DNA of 64,000 bases from Candidatus Daviesbacteria bacterium RIFCSPLOWO2_01_FULL_39_23 (GTDB lineage Bacteria > Patescibacteriota > Microgenomatia > Daviesbacterales > UBA10151). The notes under the pieces were generated by a model. That model had not been told where the DNA came from and searched no databases. It saw nothing but the letters and a program-made list of their open reading frames with translations. Positions 1 to 8,758 of this stretch are shown in pieces (position 1 is the first letter of the stretch; each line of letters starts with the position of its first letter). The translations under genes and the position numbers were made by a program. The stretch lies in contig MFDN01000005.1 of NCBI GenBank assembly GCA_001776935.1, forward strand, positions 2,505 through 66,504. The letters are read 5' to 3'.

Positions 1-182
1 TTTAAAGGAAGGCTCAATTGTATTCTGTCGCAAGCTGACTGATGATTTTCTCTGGCCGGCTGAAAAAATAAATCAGGAACCTAAATATCTGGTTATTTTA
101 AAAGACCTATTCTCAGATACCCTGCAAAAATGGTCGGAGATTCAATGAATAGCTTTCAGCTTTCAGTCATCAGTCGTCAGAC

Positions 183-548
183 ATGAATACTCACAAATTC
201 AGGAAACTTACAGTATGGCAAAGATCAATACAGTTTGTCTCATTAATCTATAATATAACTTCTAGATTTCCAAAAGAAGAAAAATTCGGTTTAATAGATC
301 AAATTAGACGAGCTGCAGTCAGCATCTGTTTAAATATAGCAGAAGGCACAGGAGCCGGATCAGATGCTGAATTTATTAGATTTTTAAGGATGGCTCAACG
401 TTCTGCTTATGAGGTAATCGCAGCTTTAGAAATAGCTATCAATCTAAAAATGGCAAATTATACAAGTATAAATGACGCTATCAGCGAGGCTGATCAATTG
501 AGTGCTATGCTTAGCGGTCTTATTAAAAGTCTGAAAGCTGATAGCTGA
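183..548 (+). CDS. Four-helix-bundle protein (23S rRNA intervening-sequence protein family, Avd-like)
   Basis: 121 aa. Conserved IxQIRRAAxSIxxNIAEG and RSAxEV motifs of the PF05635/TIGR02436 family. Flanked by imperfect inverted heptamer repeats (tcagtcatcagtcgtcag / ctgacgactgacgact). Confidence 0.75.
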   Translation: MNTHKFRKLTVWQRSIQFVSLIYNITSRFPKEEKFGLIDQIRRAAVSICLNIAEGTGAGSDAEFIRFLRMAQRSAYEVIAALEIAINLKMANYTSINDAISEADQLSAMLSGLIKSLKADS

Positions 549-558
549 CGACTGACGA

Positions 559-1257
559 CTATTTACCAAAATTACGCCTTTGCTCCTGATACCAGGCAAC
601 TGCTTTTTTAAGTTCACCCGCATCAAAATCCGGCCAAAGCGTTGTAGTGAAATAGAATTCCGAATAGGCTGTTTGCCAAAGCAGAAAATTGGAAAGCCTT
701 GACCTGCCTCCTGTCCGAATTACCAATTCAGGGTCATTTTGACCATTAGTATATAAATGTCTTTCCACAATAGTTTCATTAATTTTTTTCACCTCAATAC
801 CCTCTTTAACAATATCTTTGATCGCTTCAATCAGTTCCTTTTTCCCTCCATAATTTAAAGCAATATTTAATTTGATTGACTCATTTTTAATATATGTTTT
901 TCTGATTTGATCAATCAGTTTGGTGATAGTAGCCGGGAGTCCGTGCATTTCCCCTAAAATAGTGATCCTGACTCCTTTTTGCATCATTTTCTTAAGTCTT
1001 TTATGATAGCCCCTTCTAATCAAGCTGAACAGACTTAAAACTTCTCTTTTTGCCCGCTCTTTGATATTTTCAGTAGAAAGCGCATAAACCGTAACAGTTT
1101 CCACCCCTAATTTCTCAGCCGCTTCCACCACCTTTTCTAAGGTCTCTGAGCCTTTTTCGTGCCCTTTTATATCAGGCAAACCCTTCCCTCTTGCCCATCT
1201 CCTGTTTCCATCCATAATTATGGCGATATGTTGGGGGATATTTTGTTTACTAATCAT
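559..1257 (-). CDS. uppS: Isoprenyl transferase / undecaprenyl-diphosphate synthase
   Basis: 232 aa. HIAIIMDGNRRWA N-terminal motif. cis-prenyltransferase family throughout. Confidence 0.88.
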   Translation of the reverse strand: MISKQNIPQHIAIIMDGNRRWARGKGLPDIKGHEKGSETLEKVVEAAEKLGVETVTVYALSTENIKERAKREVLSLFSLIRRGYHKRLKKMMQKGVRITILGEMHGLPATITKLIDQIRKTYIKNESIKLNIALNYGGKKELIEAIKDIVKEGIEVKKINETIVERHLYTNGQNDPELVIRTGGRSRLSNFLLWQTAYSEFYFTTTLWPDFDAGELKKAVAWYQEQRRNFGK

Positions 1258-1359
1258 ATTTTTGCTATTAGCTTTTAGCTGTTAGCTATTTGCTGCTAAA
1301 AGCGAACAGCCTGCCCGCAATGCTACGCATAGCGTCGCAGGCGGGCCAATAGCGAATAG

Positions 1360-2211
1360 CTACTTAGTCCTTTCTACTAAATACTCTGCCATCTGCTGTA
1401 ATAATTTCCTCATTTTTATATCTTTAGTAATTTCCGGCAACATTTTCTTAGTTTGACTTATATATTTATCCGCTTCATTTTGTGCCGCAGTCATCCCTCC
1501 AATCCAACCCGCCTCATTGTCTAAAATATCATCCTTTATCTGAAAAGCAATCCCGATTTTTTCCCCAAATTTAGCCAAATGTTTCAACCATTGTTCGCCT
1601 GCCCCGGCCAAAGTTGCCCCCAAAACAAGCGGCCCGGAGACAGAATACTGCGCAGTCTTGTATTTAGCAACTACCAGGCTATCCCCTTTCTCCACATCCA
1701 GCATCTGTCCTATGGCAGTATTGAGCAGGATACCGGAGAGATATTTTAAAACTTCATTCTTCTTGCTATCCGGAAACCTGCTTTCCGCAATAATTCTTGT
1801 TGCCAGGAAAAACCCCCCGTCTCCAAGACAAATAGTCCGGGATATGCCTTTATGATCAGCCCCAAGAGCCTTATAGAGCGAAGGCTTGCCCCGCCTGACT
1901 TCACTCTGATCTATAACATCATCATGAGCCAAAAATGCGCTGTGAAATATTTCATAAGCTGCAGCAATTTTAATAATAGAGCTTTCAATCTGAGGACTGA
2001 TGACTGACGACTCCTTCCCTATCTCATATCCCAAAACCACTAACATCCCTCTAATCCTCTTTCCCCCGCGGCAACTGTCAATAAATTTATCAACCAATGG
2101 TAATAAACCATTGCTGATTACGCTAATTTCTGTTCTCCAGACAGCTAAAATCTTATTCAGCTCTTCATTAATCTTTGTAATATTTTTTTGGTAAAATTCC
2201 TCAAAATCCAT
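1360..2211 (-). CDS. Polyprenyl diphosphate synthase (FPP/GGPP synthase family)
   Basis: 283 aa. Two Asp-rich motifs (FLAHDDVID and FQIKDDILD) typical of trans-prenyltransferases. Contains an in-frame ctgatgactgacgac heptamer repeat. Confidence 0.85.
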   Translation of the reverse strand: MDFEEFYQKNITKINEELNKILAVWRTEISVISNGLLPLVDKFIDSCRGGKRIRGMLVVLGYEIGKESSVISPQIESSIIKIAAAYEIFHSAFLAHDDVIDQSEVRRGKPSLYKALGADHKGISRTICLGDGGFFLATRIIAESRFPDSKKNEVLKYLSGILLNTAIGQMLDVEKGDSLVVAKYKTAQYSVSGPLVLGATLAGAGEQWLKHLAKFGEKIGIAFQIKDDILDNEAGWIGGMTAAQNEADKYISQTKKMLPEITKDIKMRKLLQQMAEYLVERTK

Positions 2212-2240
2212 TTTTCTAATTTAACACATTCCGGGTAAAA

Positions 2241-3437
2241 GTGGTAAAATCCAAGCTTATGCGCACTAAAATTAATCTTCGCGATTTTAACTCTGCCCAA
2301 AACAGGCGGGAATTTCTGGAAAAAGAACTGGATATTAGACTGGATAATATTGGCTGTTTCAGTTTTCCGGAAGATCAGGCTGTAGACAGAAACATCGAGA
2401 ACCTGATCGGAGCCACTCAAATCCCCTTGGGAGTTGCCGGACCATTATTGTTAGCGAAAAGCGAAAAGCGAAAAGCGAAAAGCTATTTTATTCCCCTTGC
2501 TACCACCGAAGGTGCCCTTGTAGCTTCGGTTTCCAGGGGATGCAAGGCAGTAAACGAGGCTGGCGGAGCAATGGTATTTGTGGAAAATACCGGGATTACG
2601 CGGGGCCCTGTTTTTAAAGCAGATAATTTAGAAAAATCCTTTAAAGCAAAAGCCTGGATCGAAAAAAATTTTAAAACCCTGGCCAAAGCAGCTGAAAGCA
2701 CTTCATCTCACCTGAAACTGCTTAAAGCAGAATACCAAATAACAGGCAGGAATTTATTTGTCAGGTTTTATTTTGATACTGCTGATGCCATGGGCATGAA
2801 TATGGCAACCATTGCCACTGGAGAAATGGTGAAAATAATTGAAAACAAAACAGGCGTCAAATGCATATCTTTATCAGGCAACTTTTGTATTGACAAAAAA
2901 CCTTCATATTTAAATTTTATTCTGGGAAGGGGCAAAAAGGTTTGGGCCGAAAGCATCTTACCTAAAAAGCTGGTTATTGATACTTTAAAAGTTACTCCTC
3001 AGGAAATTGCGGAAGTAGTTGAAAGAAAATGCCACATAGGCTCTATCATATCCGGATCTTTAGGCTACAACTCTCATTTCGCTAACATCGTTGCCGCTAT
3101 TTTTGCCGCCACCGGTCAGGACCTGGCTCATGTAGTAGAAGCAAGTATGGGAGTTACTTCAGCTGAGGTGCTGGAAAATGGGGACCTTTATTTTTCCATC
3201 TATCTCCCCTCTTTGGTAGTCGGCACTGTAGGAGGAGGCACGCATTTACCTACCCAGCAGGAAGCTTTAAAAATAATGCAGGTTTGTGATGTGCTAGAAT
3301 ATTCTCAAGTTGTCGGGGCAGCAGTATTGGCAGGCGAGCTTTCACTTTTGGCCTCACTAGCAGAAGGCTCGCTGATAAAAGCACATAGACAATTAGGAAG
3401 GAAGGAGCGAAGTCGCGAGTCAACCAAAGCAATTTGA
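2241..3437 (+). CDS. HMG-CoA reductase (class I-like)
   Basis: 398 aa. ENLIGxxQIPLGVAGPL and DAMGMN motifs. In-frame (agcgaaa)x4 repeat encoding AKSEKRKAKS at 2455-2486. Confidence 0.85.
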   Translation: MVKSKLMRTKINLRDFNSAQNRREFLEKELDIRLDNIGCFSFPEDQAVDRNIENLIGATQIPLGVAGPLLLAKSEKRKAKSYFIPLATTEGALVASVSRGCKAVNEAGGAMVFVENTGITRGPVFKADNLEKSFKAKAWIEKNFKTLAKAAESTSSHLKLLKAEYQITGRNLFVRFYFDTADAMGMNMATIATGEMVKIIENKTGVKCISLSGNFCIDKKPSYLNFILGRGKKVWAESILPKKLVIDTLKVTPQEIAEVVERKCHIGSIISGSLGYNSHFANIVAAIFAATGQDLAHVVEASMGVTSAEVLENGDLYFSIYLPSLVVGTVGGGTHLPTQQEALKIMQVCDVLEYSQVVGAAVLAGELSLLASLAEGSLIKAHRQLGRKERSRESTKAI

Positions 3438-3554
3438 GGATTTTGTGTGCAGTCCTACTTCACAAAATTCTCATATAGCAAGGCTAGAGAGAACTATCAT
3501 GTTGCAGTATTAACTAACCGAGCGGTGCTTTGTGACCGCGACGAGCGACCATCT

Positions 3555-4598
3555 ATGACTGGAATTGTTTCATACGGAGTTTACATACCAAAATACAGAA
3601 TAAAGCCCTCACAAGTGGCTCATGCCTGGGGCAAAGAAGTCAAAGGGGTAGAAAACTCTTTGGGAGTTTTTGAAAAAGCAGTAGCATCCGTAGATGAAGA
3701 TGCAGTAACTTTAGCAGTTGAGTCAAGTTTTAGAGCCTTAACAAACGGGCAAATTGAACCGGAAAAAATTGGCGCTATCACAATTGGTTCTGAATCACAC
3801 CCTTATGCTGTTAAACCCTCCTCTACCACAGTAGCCGGCATTTTAGGTATGCAGGGTGAATATCTGGCAGTTGATTTGGAATTTGCCTGTAAAGCCGGCA
3901 CTGCCGGAATACAACTCCTTTCCTCTTTGGTTGAAGCCAAAAAAGCCCAATATTGCCTGGCTATAGGTTCAGATGTGGCACAGGCCAAGCCTTCGGATGT
4001 TTTGGAATATACTGCCGGATCTGCTGCTGCAGCTTTTATCTTAGGCCGTGATAACTTGATTGCCGAGCTTTTAGATTTTACCTCTTATTCATCTGATACC
4101 CCTGATTTTTGGAGAAAAGACAACGAAAAATTCCCTTCCCATGCCGGCAGGTTTACCGGCGGTCCGGCTTATTTTGCCCATGTTGGCAAAGCCTCAGAGC
4201 TTATATTTGAAAAAACTAAAATGAAACCTTCTGATTTTGATTATGCTGTTTTTCATATGCCAAACGGAAAATTCCCCAAAGAGGCAGCCAGAAAATTAGG
4301 CTTCAGTGAACAACAGCTTAAACCAGGCTTTGTGGTACCTTTTATCGGTAACCCCTACTCTGCCTCATCAATGGTAGGACTTGCAGCTACTCTGGATATT
4401 GCCAAAAATGGTGATAAGATTTTTGTCTGTTCCTACGGCTCAGGAGCAGGTGCTGATGCTTTTGTTTTTGAAGTAACAAAAAATATTACCGCTCACCAGA
4501 CTAAAAACAAAGAAAGTGTGGCAAAACAGATTAAGAATAAACAATATATAGACTATTCATTGCTGGCTAAGAATATTATTAGCAAGTATAGGATTTAA
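3555..4598 (+). CDS. HMG-CoA synthase, archaeal type
   Basis: Starts MTGIVSYGVYIPKYRI. Thiolase-fold condensing enzyme. The ORF-track start at 3447 is a GTG inside a 150-bp interspersed repeat, so the ATG at 3555 is preferred. Confidence 0.8.
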   Translation: MTGIVSYGVYIPKYRIKPSQVAHAWGKEVKGVENSLGVFEKAVASVDEDAVTLAVESSFRALTNGQIEPEKIGAITIGSESHPYAVKPSSTTVAGILGMQGEYLAVDLEFACKAGTAGIQLLSSLVEAKKAQYCLAIGSDVAQAKPSDVLEYTAGSAAAAFILGRDNLIAELLDFTSYSSDTPDFWRKDNEKFPSHAGRFTGGPAYFAHVGKASELIFEKTKMKPSDFDYAVFHMPNGKFPKEAARKLGFSEQQLKPGFVVPFIGNPYSASSMVGLAATLDIAKNGDKIFVCSYGSGAGADAFVFEVTKNITAHQTKNKESVAKQIKNKQYIDYSLLAKNIISKYRI

Positions 4599-4742
4599 GA
4601 AGAGTCAAGAGACTAGCAACTAGAGTCAAGGAAAATAATACTTGACCCATTCGGCTTCGCCAAATCTGACTTGGCTTCGCTCAGGGTCATCCTGAGTATA
4701 GTCGAAGGATTGACTCTAGACTCTAGCGACTAGTCACTAATT

Positions 4743-5894
4743 ATGAAGATTAAAGTTTTAGGTACCGGTTTAACAAAATTTGGAGAGCTTTGGGACAAAT
4801 CACTTTTTGATTTGGCACAGGAGGCAGCTTTGGAAGCTATTGGCGATTCGCATTTAGCTGTTAACCAAATTGAAGCTGTCTTTGTGGCTAATATGTTATC
4901 CGGGAAATTATCCGGACAAGATCACCTGGGAGCAGTCGTAGCTTCTAATTTAGGCTTATCCGGCGCCTCTTTTAGAATAGAAGCAGCCTGCGCTTCCGGG
5001 GGCCTGGCAGTACACTTGGCCATCCAATCACTTCTTTCAGGCACTTATAAAAAGGTCCTGGTTGTGGGAGTGGAAAAAATGACTGATTCCCCTGCTTCAG
5101 AGATTACTTCTGCTTTAATGGGCGCTGGCTCGCAGACAGAAAGGCTGGCCGGCTTAACTTTTCCCGGCCTGTATGCTTTGATGGCCAAAGCCCATATGCA
5201 AAAATACGGCACCACCAAAAATGAACTGGCTCAGGTGGCTGTTAAAAACCACTATCATGCTTCTTTAAACGATAAAGCCCAATTTCCCTATGAAGTTACA
5301 GAAGAAAAGGTCCTGGAAAGTTCCTGTATCTGCACCCCTTTTACCCTGTTTGATGCCTCCCCTGTTTCAGACGGCGCAGGAGCTTTGGTTTTATCAGCAG
5401 ATGATGAACCTGGGAGCCTGCCGGCCGGCAGGCAGGTTTTCATCAGCGGGTCAGCTGTTGCAACCGACACCATTGACCTTGCCAACAGAAAATCATTGAC
5501 AGAAATTACAGCAACTCAAACAGCTTCTCAGAAAGCCTTAAAACAGGCAGGAGTGGAAATAAAAGATATTAAAGTGGCAGAAGTTCACGATTGCTTTACC
5601 ATCGCGGAAATTTTGGCCATGGAAGATTTGGGTTTTTGCCAAAAAGGCGAAGGAGGCAGGTTTATTGCCAAAGGCACCACTAAACTGGGAGGGAAATTAC
5701 CCGTAAACACCTCAGGAGGCTTAAAAGCCTGCGGTCATCCGGTGGGAGCTACCGGTGTTAAACAAATTGTAGAAATAACTAATCAATTAAGGGGAAATTT
5801 GGGCAAAAGGCAGGTCAAAGGAGCCAATGTCGGCCTAACTCAAAATGTGGGCGGAACAGGCGCAACAGTAGTAGTACATGTACTACAAAATTAA
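4743..5894 (+). CDS. Acetyl-CoA C-acetyltransferase (archaeal-type thiolase)
   Basis: 383 aa. Thiolase fold with catalytic Cys in the EAACASGG region. Sits next to HMG-CoA synthase and DUF35, as in archaeal mevalonate clusters. Confidence 0.8.
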   Translation: MKIKVLGTGLTKFGELWDKSLFDLAQEAALEAIGDSHLAVNQIEAVFVANMLSGKLSGQDHLGAVVASNLGLSGASFRIEAACASGGLAVHLAIQSLLSGTYKKVLVVGVEKMTDSPASEITSALMGAGSQTERLAGLTFPGLYALMAKAHMQKYGTTKNELAQVAVKNHYHASLNDKAQFPYEVTEEKVLESSCICTPFTLFDASPVSDGAGALVLSADDEPGSLPAGRQVFISGSAVATDTIDLANRKSLTEITATQTASQKALKQAGVEIKDIKVAEVHDCFTIAEILAMEDLGFCQKGEGGRFIAKGTTKLGGKLPVNTSGGLKACGHPVGATGVKQIVEITNQLRGNLGKRQVKGANVGLTQNVGGTGATVVVHVLQN

Positions 5895-5998
5895 CAATTT
5901 ACAATGTACAATTTACAATTGAATTCACAATCTATATTTTTGTTTTCTGCTTTGTACATTCTACATTTTACATTGTACATTGAAGGCAACGCCGACCT

Positions 5999-6298
5999 AT
6001 GAACAGCCCGGTACAAATTTGGAGATCGCATAAAAACTTACATAACTACCTTGGGAAACAAGGCAGGCTTTTGGTGTGGACTAAAATATTCATTGCCCCC
6101 TCCGGTTTTGAGCATCAAACTCCCTATATTGTTGGAATTGTAGAATTTGCTGACAAAGAAAAATTGCCTTTGCAGATTGTAGATTGCGAAGAAGAATCGT
6201 TAAAACCAAATCAAAAAGTTAAAGTAGTTATTAGAAAAATAGGCAAAGTAAAATCAGAAGATGTGATTGAATACGGGCTCAAAGCAAAACCTTTATGA
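5999..6298 (+). CDS. DUF35 OB-fold scaffold protein of the thiolase/HMG-CoA synthase complex
   Basis: 99 aa, OB-fold-like. Its stop overlaps the mvk start by 4 nt. Its position matches the archaeal thiolase-HMGCS-DUF35 trio. Confidence 0.55.
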   Translation: MNSPVQIWRSHKNLHNYLGKQGRLLVWTKIFIAPSGFEHQTPYIVGIVEFADKEKLPLQIVDCEEESLKPNQKVKVVIRKIGKVKSEDVIEYGLKAKPL

Positions 6299-7308
6299 AG
6301 ACCTCCGGCAGGACAATTACAGTTTCTGCCCCGGGAAAAATACACCTGCTTGGCGAACATTCTGTAGTATATGGGAAGCCTGCTTTGCTTACGGCTATAA
6401 ATCTCAGGACCAATGTCATCCTGACGGCAAAACCCGAAGGATCTCTCGCGAATGCAAGCTCCTCAGATGAACTGAGAGATTCTTCTCCGCCCACAGCTAC
6501 GCAGTTGCTGGCGGATCAGAATGACAAAATAAAGGCAATAATTGAACCTATCGTTAAAAAATATCTGAAAATAAAACAAATCCCGCCCTATAAATTGGAA
6601 ATTTCCTCAGAATTTCCTTTAGGAGCAGGGCTTGGCTCTTCTGCTGCCATATCTTCGGCATACATCGGCGCGCTCTTAACTTTTCTTAAAATTAAATGGG
6701 ACTTACACCTTATCAATAAACTTTCCTTTGAGGCTGAAAAAGCTTTTCATGGAAATCCTTCGGGCGCAGATAATGCCGCAGTAGTGTTTGGGGGCTTAAT
6801 CTGGTTTAGAAAAGAAACTACTGATTTAAAAATAATCCAACCGATTAACTCCCCTGTCCCTGCCAATATAGCTGGAAATTTTATACTGATTAACACCGGA
6901 AAACCAAAAGAAACTACCAAAGAAATGGTGGGATTAGTAAAATTAAGAGTCAAGAGTCAAGAGTCAAGAGTCAAGAAAATATTTGATCATCAGGAACAAT
7001 TAGTTAAAGAGCTTTTACTGACCATTCAATGCGGGAATGAAAAGGAATTAATCAAAATTATCAGGGCAGGAGAGAAAAACTTGGAAAAGATGGGTGTAGT
7101 TTCTTGGTATGTTCAATCTATTATCAGAAAAATAGAAAAAGCCGGAGGTGCTGCAAAAGTGTGCGGAGGAGGAGGAAAAACCAAAGCAACAGGTGTACTT
7201 TTGGCTTATCATCCGGAAAAATCAGTACTGGAAAAAATTGCAAAATCATATGATCTACCTTATTATACGGTTGTCTTGGGAGCCGAAGGCCTGCGAAAGG
7301 AAATATAA
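6295..7308 (+). CDS. mvk: Mevalonate kinase (GHMP kinase)
   Basis: N-terminal SAPGKIHLLGEHSVVYG and PLGAGLGSSAA GHMP motifs. Carries an in-frame MITE-like insertion (6414-6526) encoding ...SSPPTATQLLADQND..., and an (agagtca)x4 repeat. Confidence 0.8.
   Translation: MKTSGRTITVSAPGKIHLLGEHSVVYGKPALLTAINLRTNVILTAKPEGSLANASSSDELRDSSPPTATQLLADQNDKIKAIIEPIVKKYLKIKQIPPYKLEISSEFPLGAGLGSSAAISSAYIGALLTFLKIKWDLHLINKLSFEAEKAFHGNPSGADNAAVVFGGLIWFRKETTDLKIIQPINSPVPANIAGNFILINTGKPKETTKEMVGLVKLRVKSQESRVKKIFDHQEQLVKELLLTIQCGNEKELIKIIRAGEKNLEKMGVVSWYVQSIIRKIEKAGGAAKVCGGGGKTKATGVLLAYHPEKSVLEKIAKSYDLPYYTVVLGAEGLRKEI
6414..6526. mobile_element. MITE-like repeat (tgtcatYctga...tcaggatgaca family) inserted in-frame in mvk
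   Basis: Terminal motifs tgtcatcctgacg ... tcagaatgaca. Internal gccagcaactgcgtagctgtgggcggagaag is shared with the copies at 17271-17370 and 17685-17812. Confidence 0.7.
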
Positions 7309-7356
7309 CCACTTGATTGTACGATCGCACACTAAAATGATAAAAATGAAGCTAAA

Positions 7357-8358
7357 ATGAAAAGAGAAATAACAATATCAGCCCCCGGAAAATTAATGTT
7401 ACTTGGTGAACATGCTGTTGTTTATAACAGGCCCTGTATTGTTACAGCAGTCGGACAAAGAATGAGAGCTACAGTTGAGCTAACAGAGAAATCAACTTTC
7501 CAGCTTAATGCCCCGGATGTACAAATTGCAAATTATCAAAAGCCAATGGATCAATTAGGAATTGGCGATCTTCCCAAAGGAGCTAAATTTGTAGAAATTG
7601 CAGTGGTGAATTTCTTAAGGTCACTCCTTGAGTACTCAAGGAGTGACCTTGTAAAACCGGGAGTCAAGGTTTCTACGACCTCAGAATTTTCTTCCCAATT
7701 CGGTTTTGGCTCTTCCTCCGCCTCTACTGTTTGCGTAATTAAAGCCTTATCAGAAATTACAGAAGCAAATCTTAATAACAAAGAGATCTTTGATCTCGCG
7801 TACAAGACAGTGCTTGATATACAGGGCAAAGGTTCGGGATTTGATGCAGCAGCAGCCACCTTTGGAGGCACACTTTATTTTGTAACCGGAGGAAAAACAA
7901 TTGAACCTTTAAACATTGACTCCCTTCCTTTAATAGTTGGTTACAGCGGCATTAAAGCAGATACTGTCACCTTAATAAATCAGGTAAAAGAAAAAGCCGG
8001 GGGAAACCCCCAAGCTGTAGAAGATATTTATGACAATATTGGCAAGCTGGTAGAACAAGCCAAACTCGCTCTTTTGGGTAAAGATTGGCAAAGCTTAGGT
8101 GAGCTTATGAATGAAAACCAAAAACTACTAACCAAACTTGGAGTAAGCATAAACAAGCTTGATGATATGATTGCTGCCGCCCTTAAAGCAGGGGCATATG
8201 GGGCAAAGCTGTCCGGCGCCGGCGGCGGAGACTGTATGATAGCTTTAGCGCCGGAGGATAAGGTGCAAGCCGTCAAAGATGGAATAACCTCTGTCGGCGG
8301 CCAGATAATTGAGGTAGAAACGAATGCAGAAGGAGCTAGAATAGAGACGAGGGACTAG
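7357..8358 (+). CDS. GHMP kinase, probable phosphomevalonate kinase
   Basis: ISAPGKLMLLGEHAVVY and GFGSSSA motifs. Lies between mvk and mvd. Contains a perfect 34-bp palindrome in-frame (7617-7650). Confidence 0.65.
   Translation: MKREITISAPGKLMLLGEHAVVYNRPCIVTAVGQRMRATVELTEKSTFQLNAPDVQIANYQKPMDQLGIGDLPKGAKFVEIAVVNFLRSLLEYSRSDLVKPGVKVSTTSEFSSQFGFGSSSASTVCVIKALSEITEANLNNKEIFDLAYKTVLDIQGKGSGFDAAAATFGGTLYFVTGGKTIEPLNIDSLPLIVGYSGIKADTVTLINQVKEKAGGNPQAVEDIYDNIGKLVEQAKLALLGKDWQSLGELMNENQKLLTKLGVSINKLDDMIAAALKAGAYGAKLSGAGGGDCMIALAPEDKVQAVKDGITSVGGQIIEVETNAEGARIETRD
7617..7650. repeat. Perfect 34-bp palindrome within a coding region
   Basis: aaggtcactccttgagtactcaaggagtgacctt equals its own reverse complement. 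Encodes LRSLLEYSRSDLV in-frame, and the same peptide appears in the antisense ORF. Confidence 0.9.
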
Positions 8359-8373
8359 AGTCAAGAGACAAGT

Positions 8374-8730
8374 ATGAGAAACAACAACGGCTACAGAAAT
8401 TTAATCGCTTGGCAAAAAAGTAATCTACTAGCCCATTTTATTTATGATTTAACTGCAAAATTCCCCAAGGATGAGCTTTTTGGAATGACTTCACAAATGC
8501 GTCGCGCAGCTCTATCAGTTTGTGCTAATATTGCAGAGGGTTATAGCCGAAGAGGCTTAAAGGATAGAAGACATTTCTATCAAATGGCAATGGGATCTTT
8601 AACGGAACTGGAATTTTTTATTGATTTTGCTTATGAAAGAAAATTTATTAGTCATGTTGATTATGAGAAAATATTAGAGATACATATGGAAACAGCTCGA
8701 GTTTTAAGCGGCTTGTTAAAATCCACTTGA
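8374..8730 (+). CDS. Four-helix-bundle protein (23S rRNA IVS protein family, Avd-like), second copy
   Basis: 118 aa with QMRRAALSVCANIAEGYSR. Paralog of 183..548. Flanked by gagtcaag-family inverted repeats. Inserted between the PMK-like kinase and mvd. Confidence 0.75.
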   Translation: MRNNNGYRNLIAWQKSNLLAHFIYDLTAKFPKDELFGMTSQMRRAALSVCANIAEGYSRRGLKDRRHFYQMAMGSLTELEFFIDFAYERKFISHVDYEKILEIHMETARVLSGLLKST

Positions 8731-8758
8731 CTCTAGACTCTAGCGACTAGTCACTACT

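Noticed and set aside
3447-3554. N-terminal 36 aa of the track ORF for HMG-CoA synthase
   Set aside because: It starts at a GTG inside a 150-bp interspersed repeat. The conserved HMGCS N-terminus begins at the downstream ATG (3555).
183-8730. Diversity-generating retroelement, because of Avd-like four-helix-bundle genes
   Set aside because: The window holds no reverse transcriptase, template repeat or variable repeat, and no adenine-mutagenised repeat pair. These four-helix-bundle genes are common standalone genes in such genomes.
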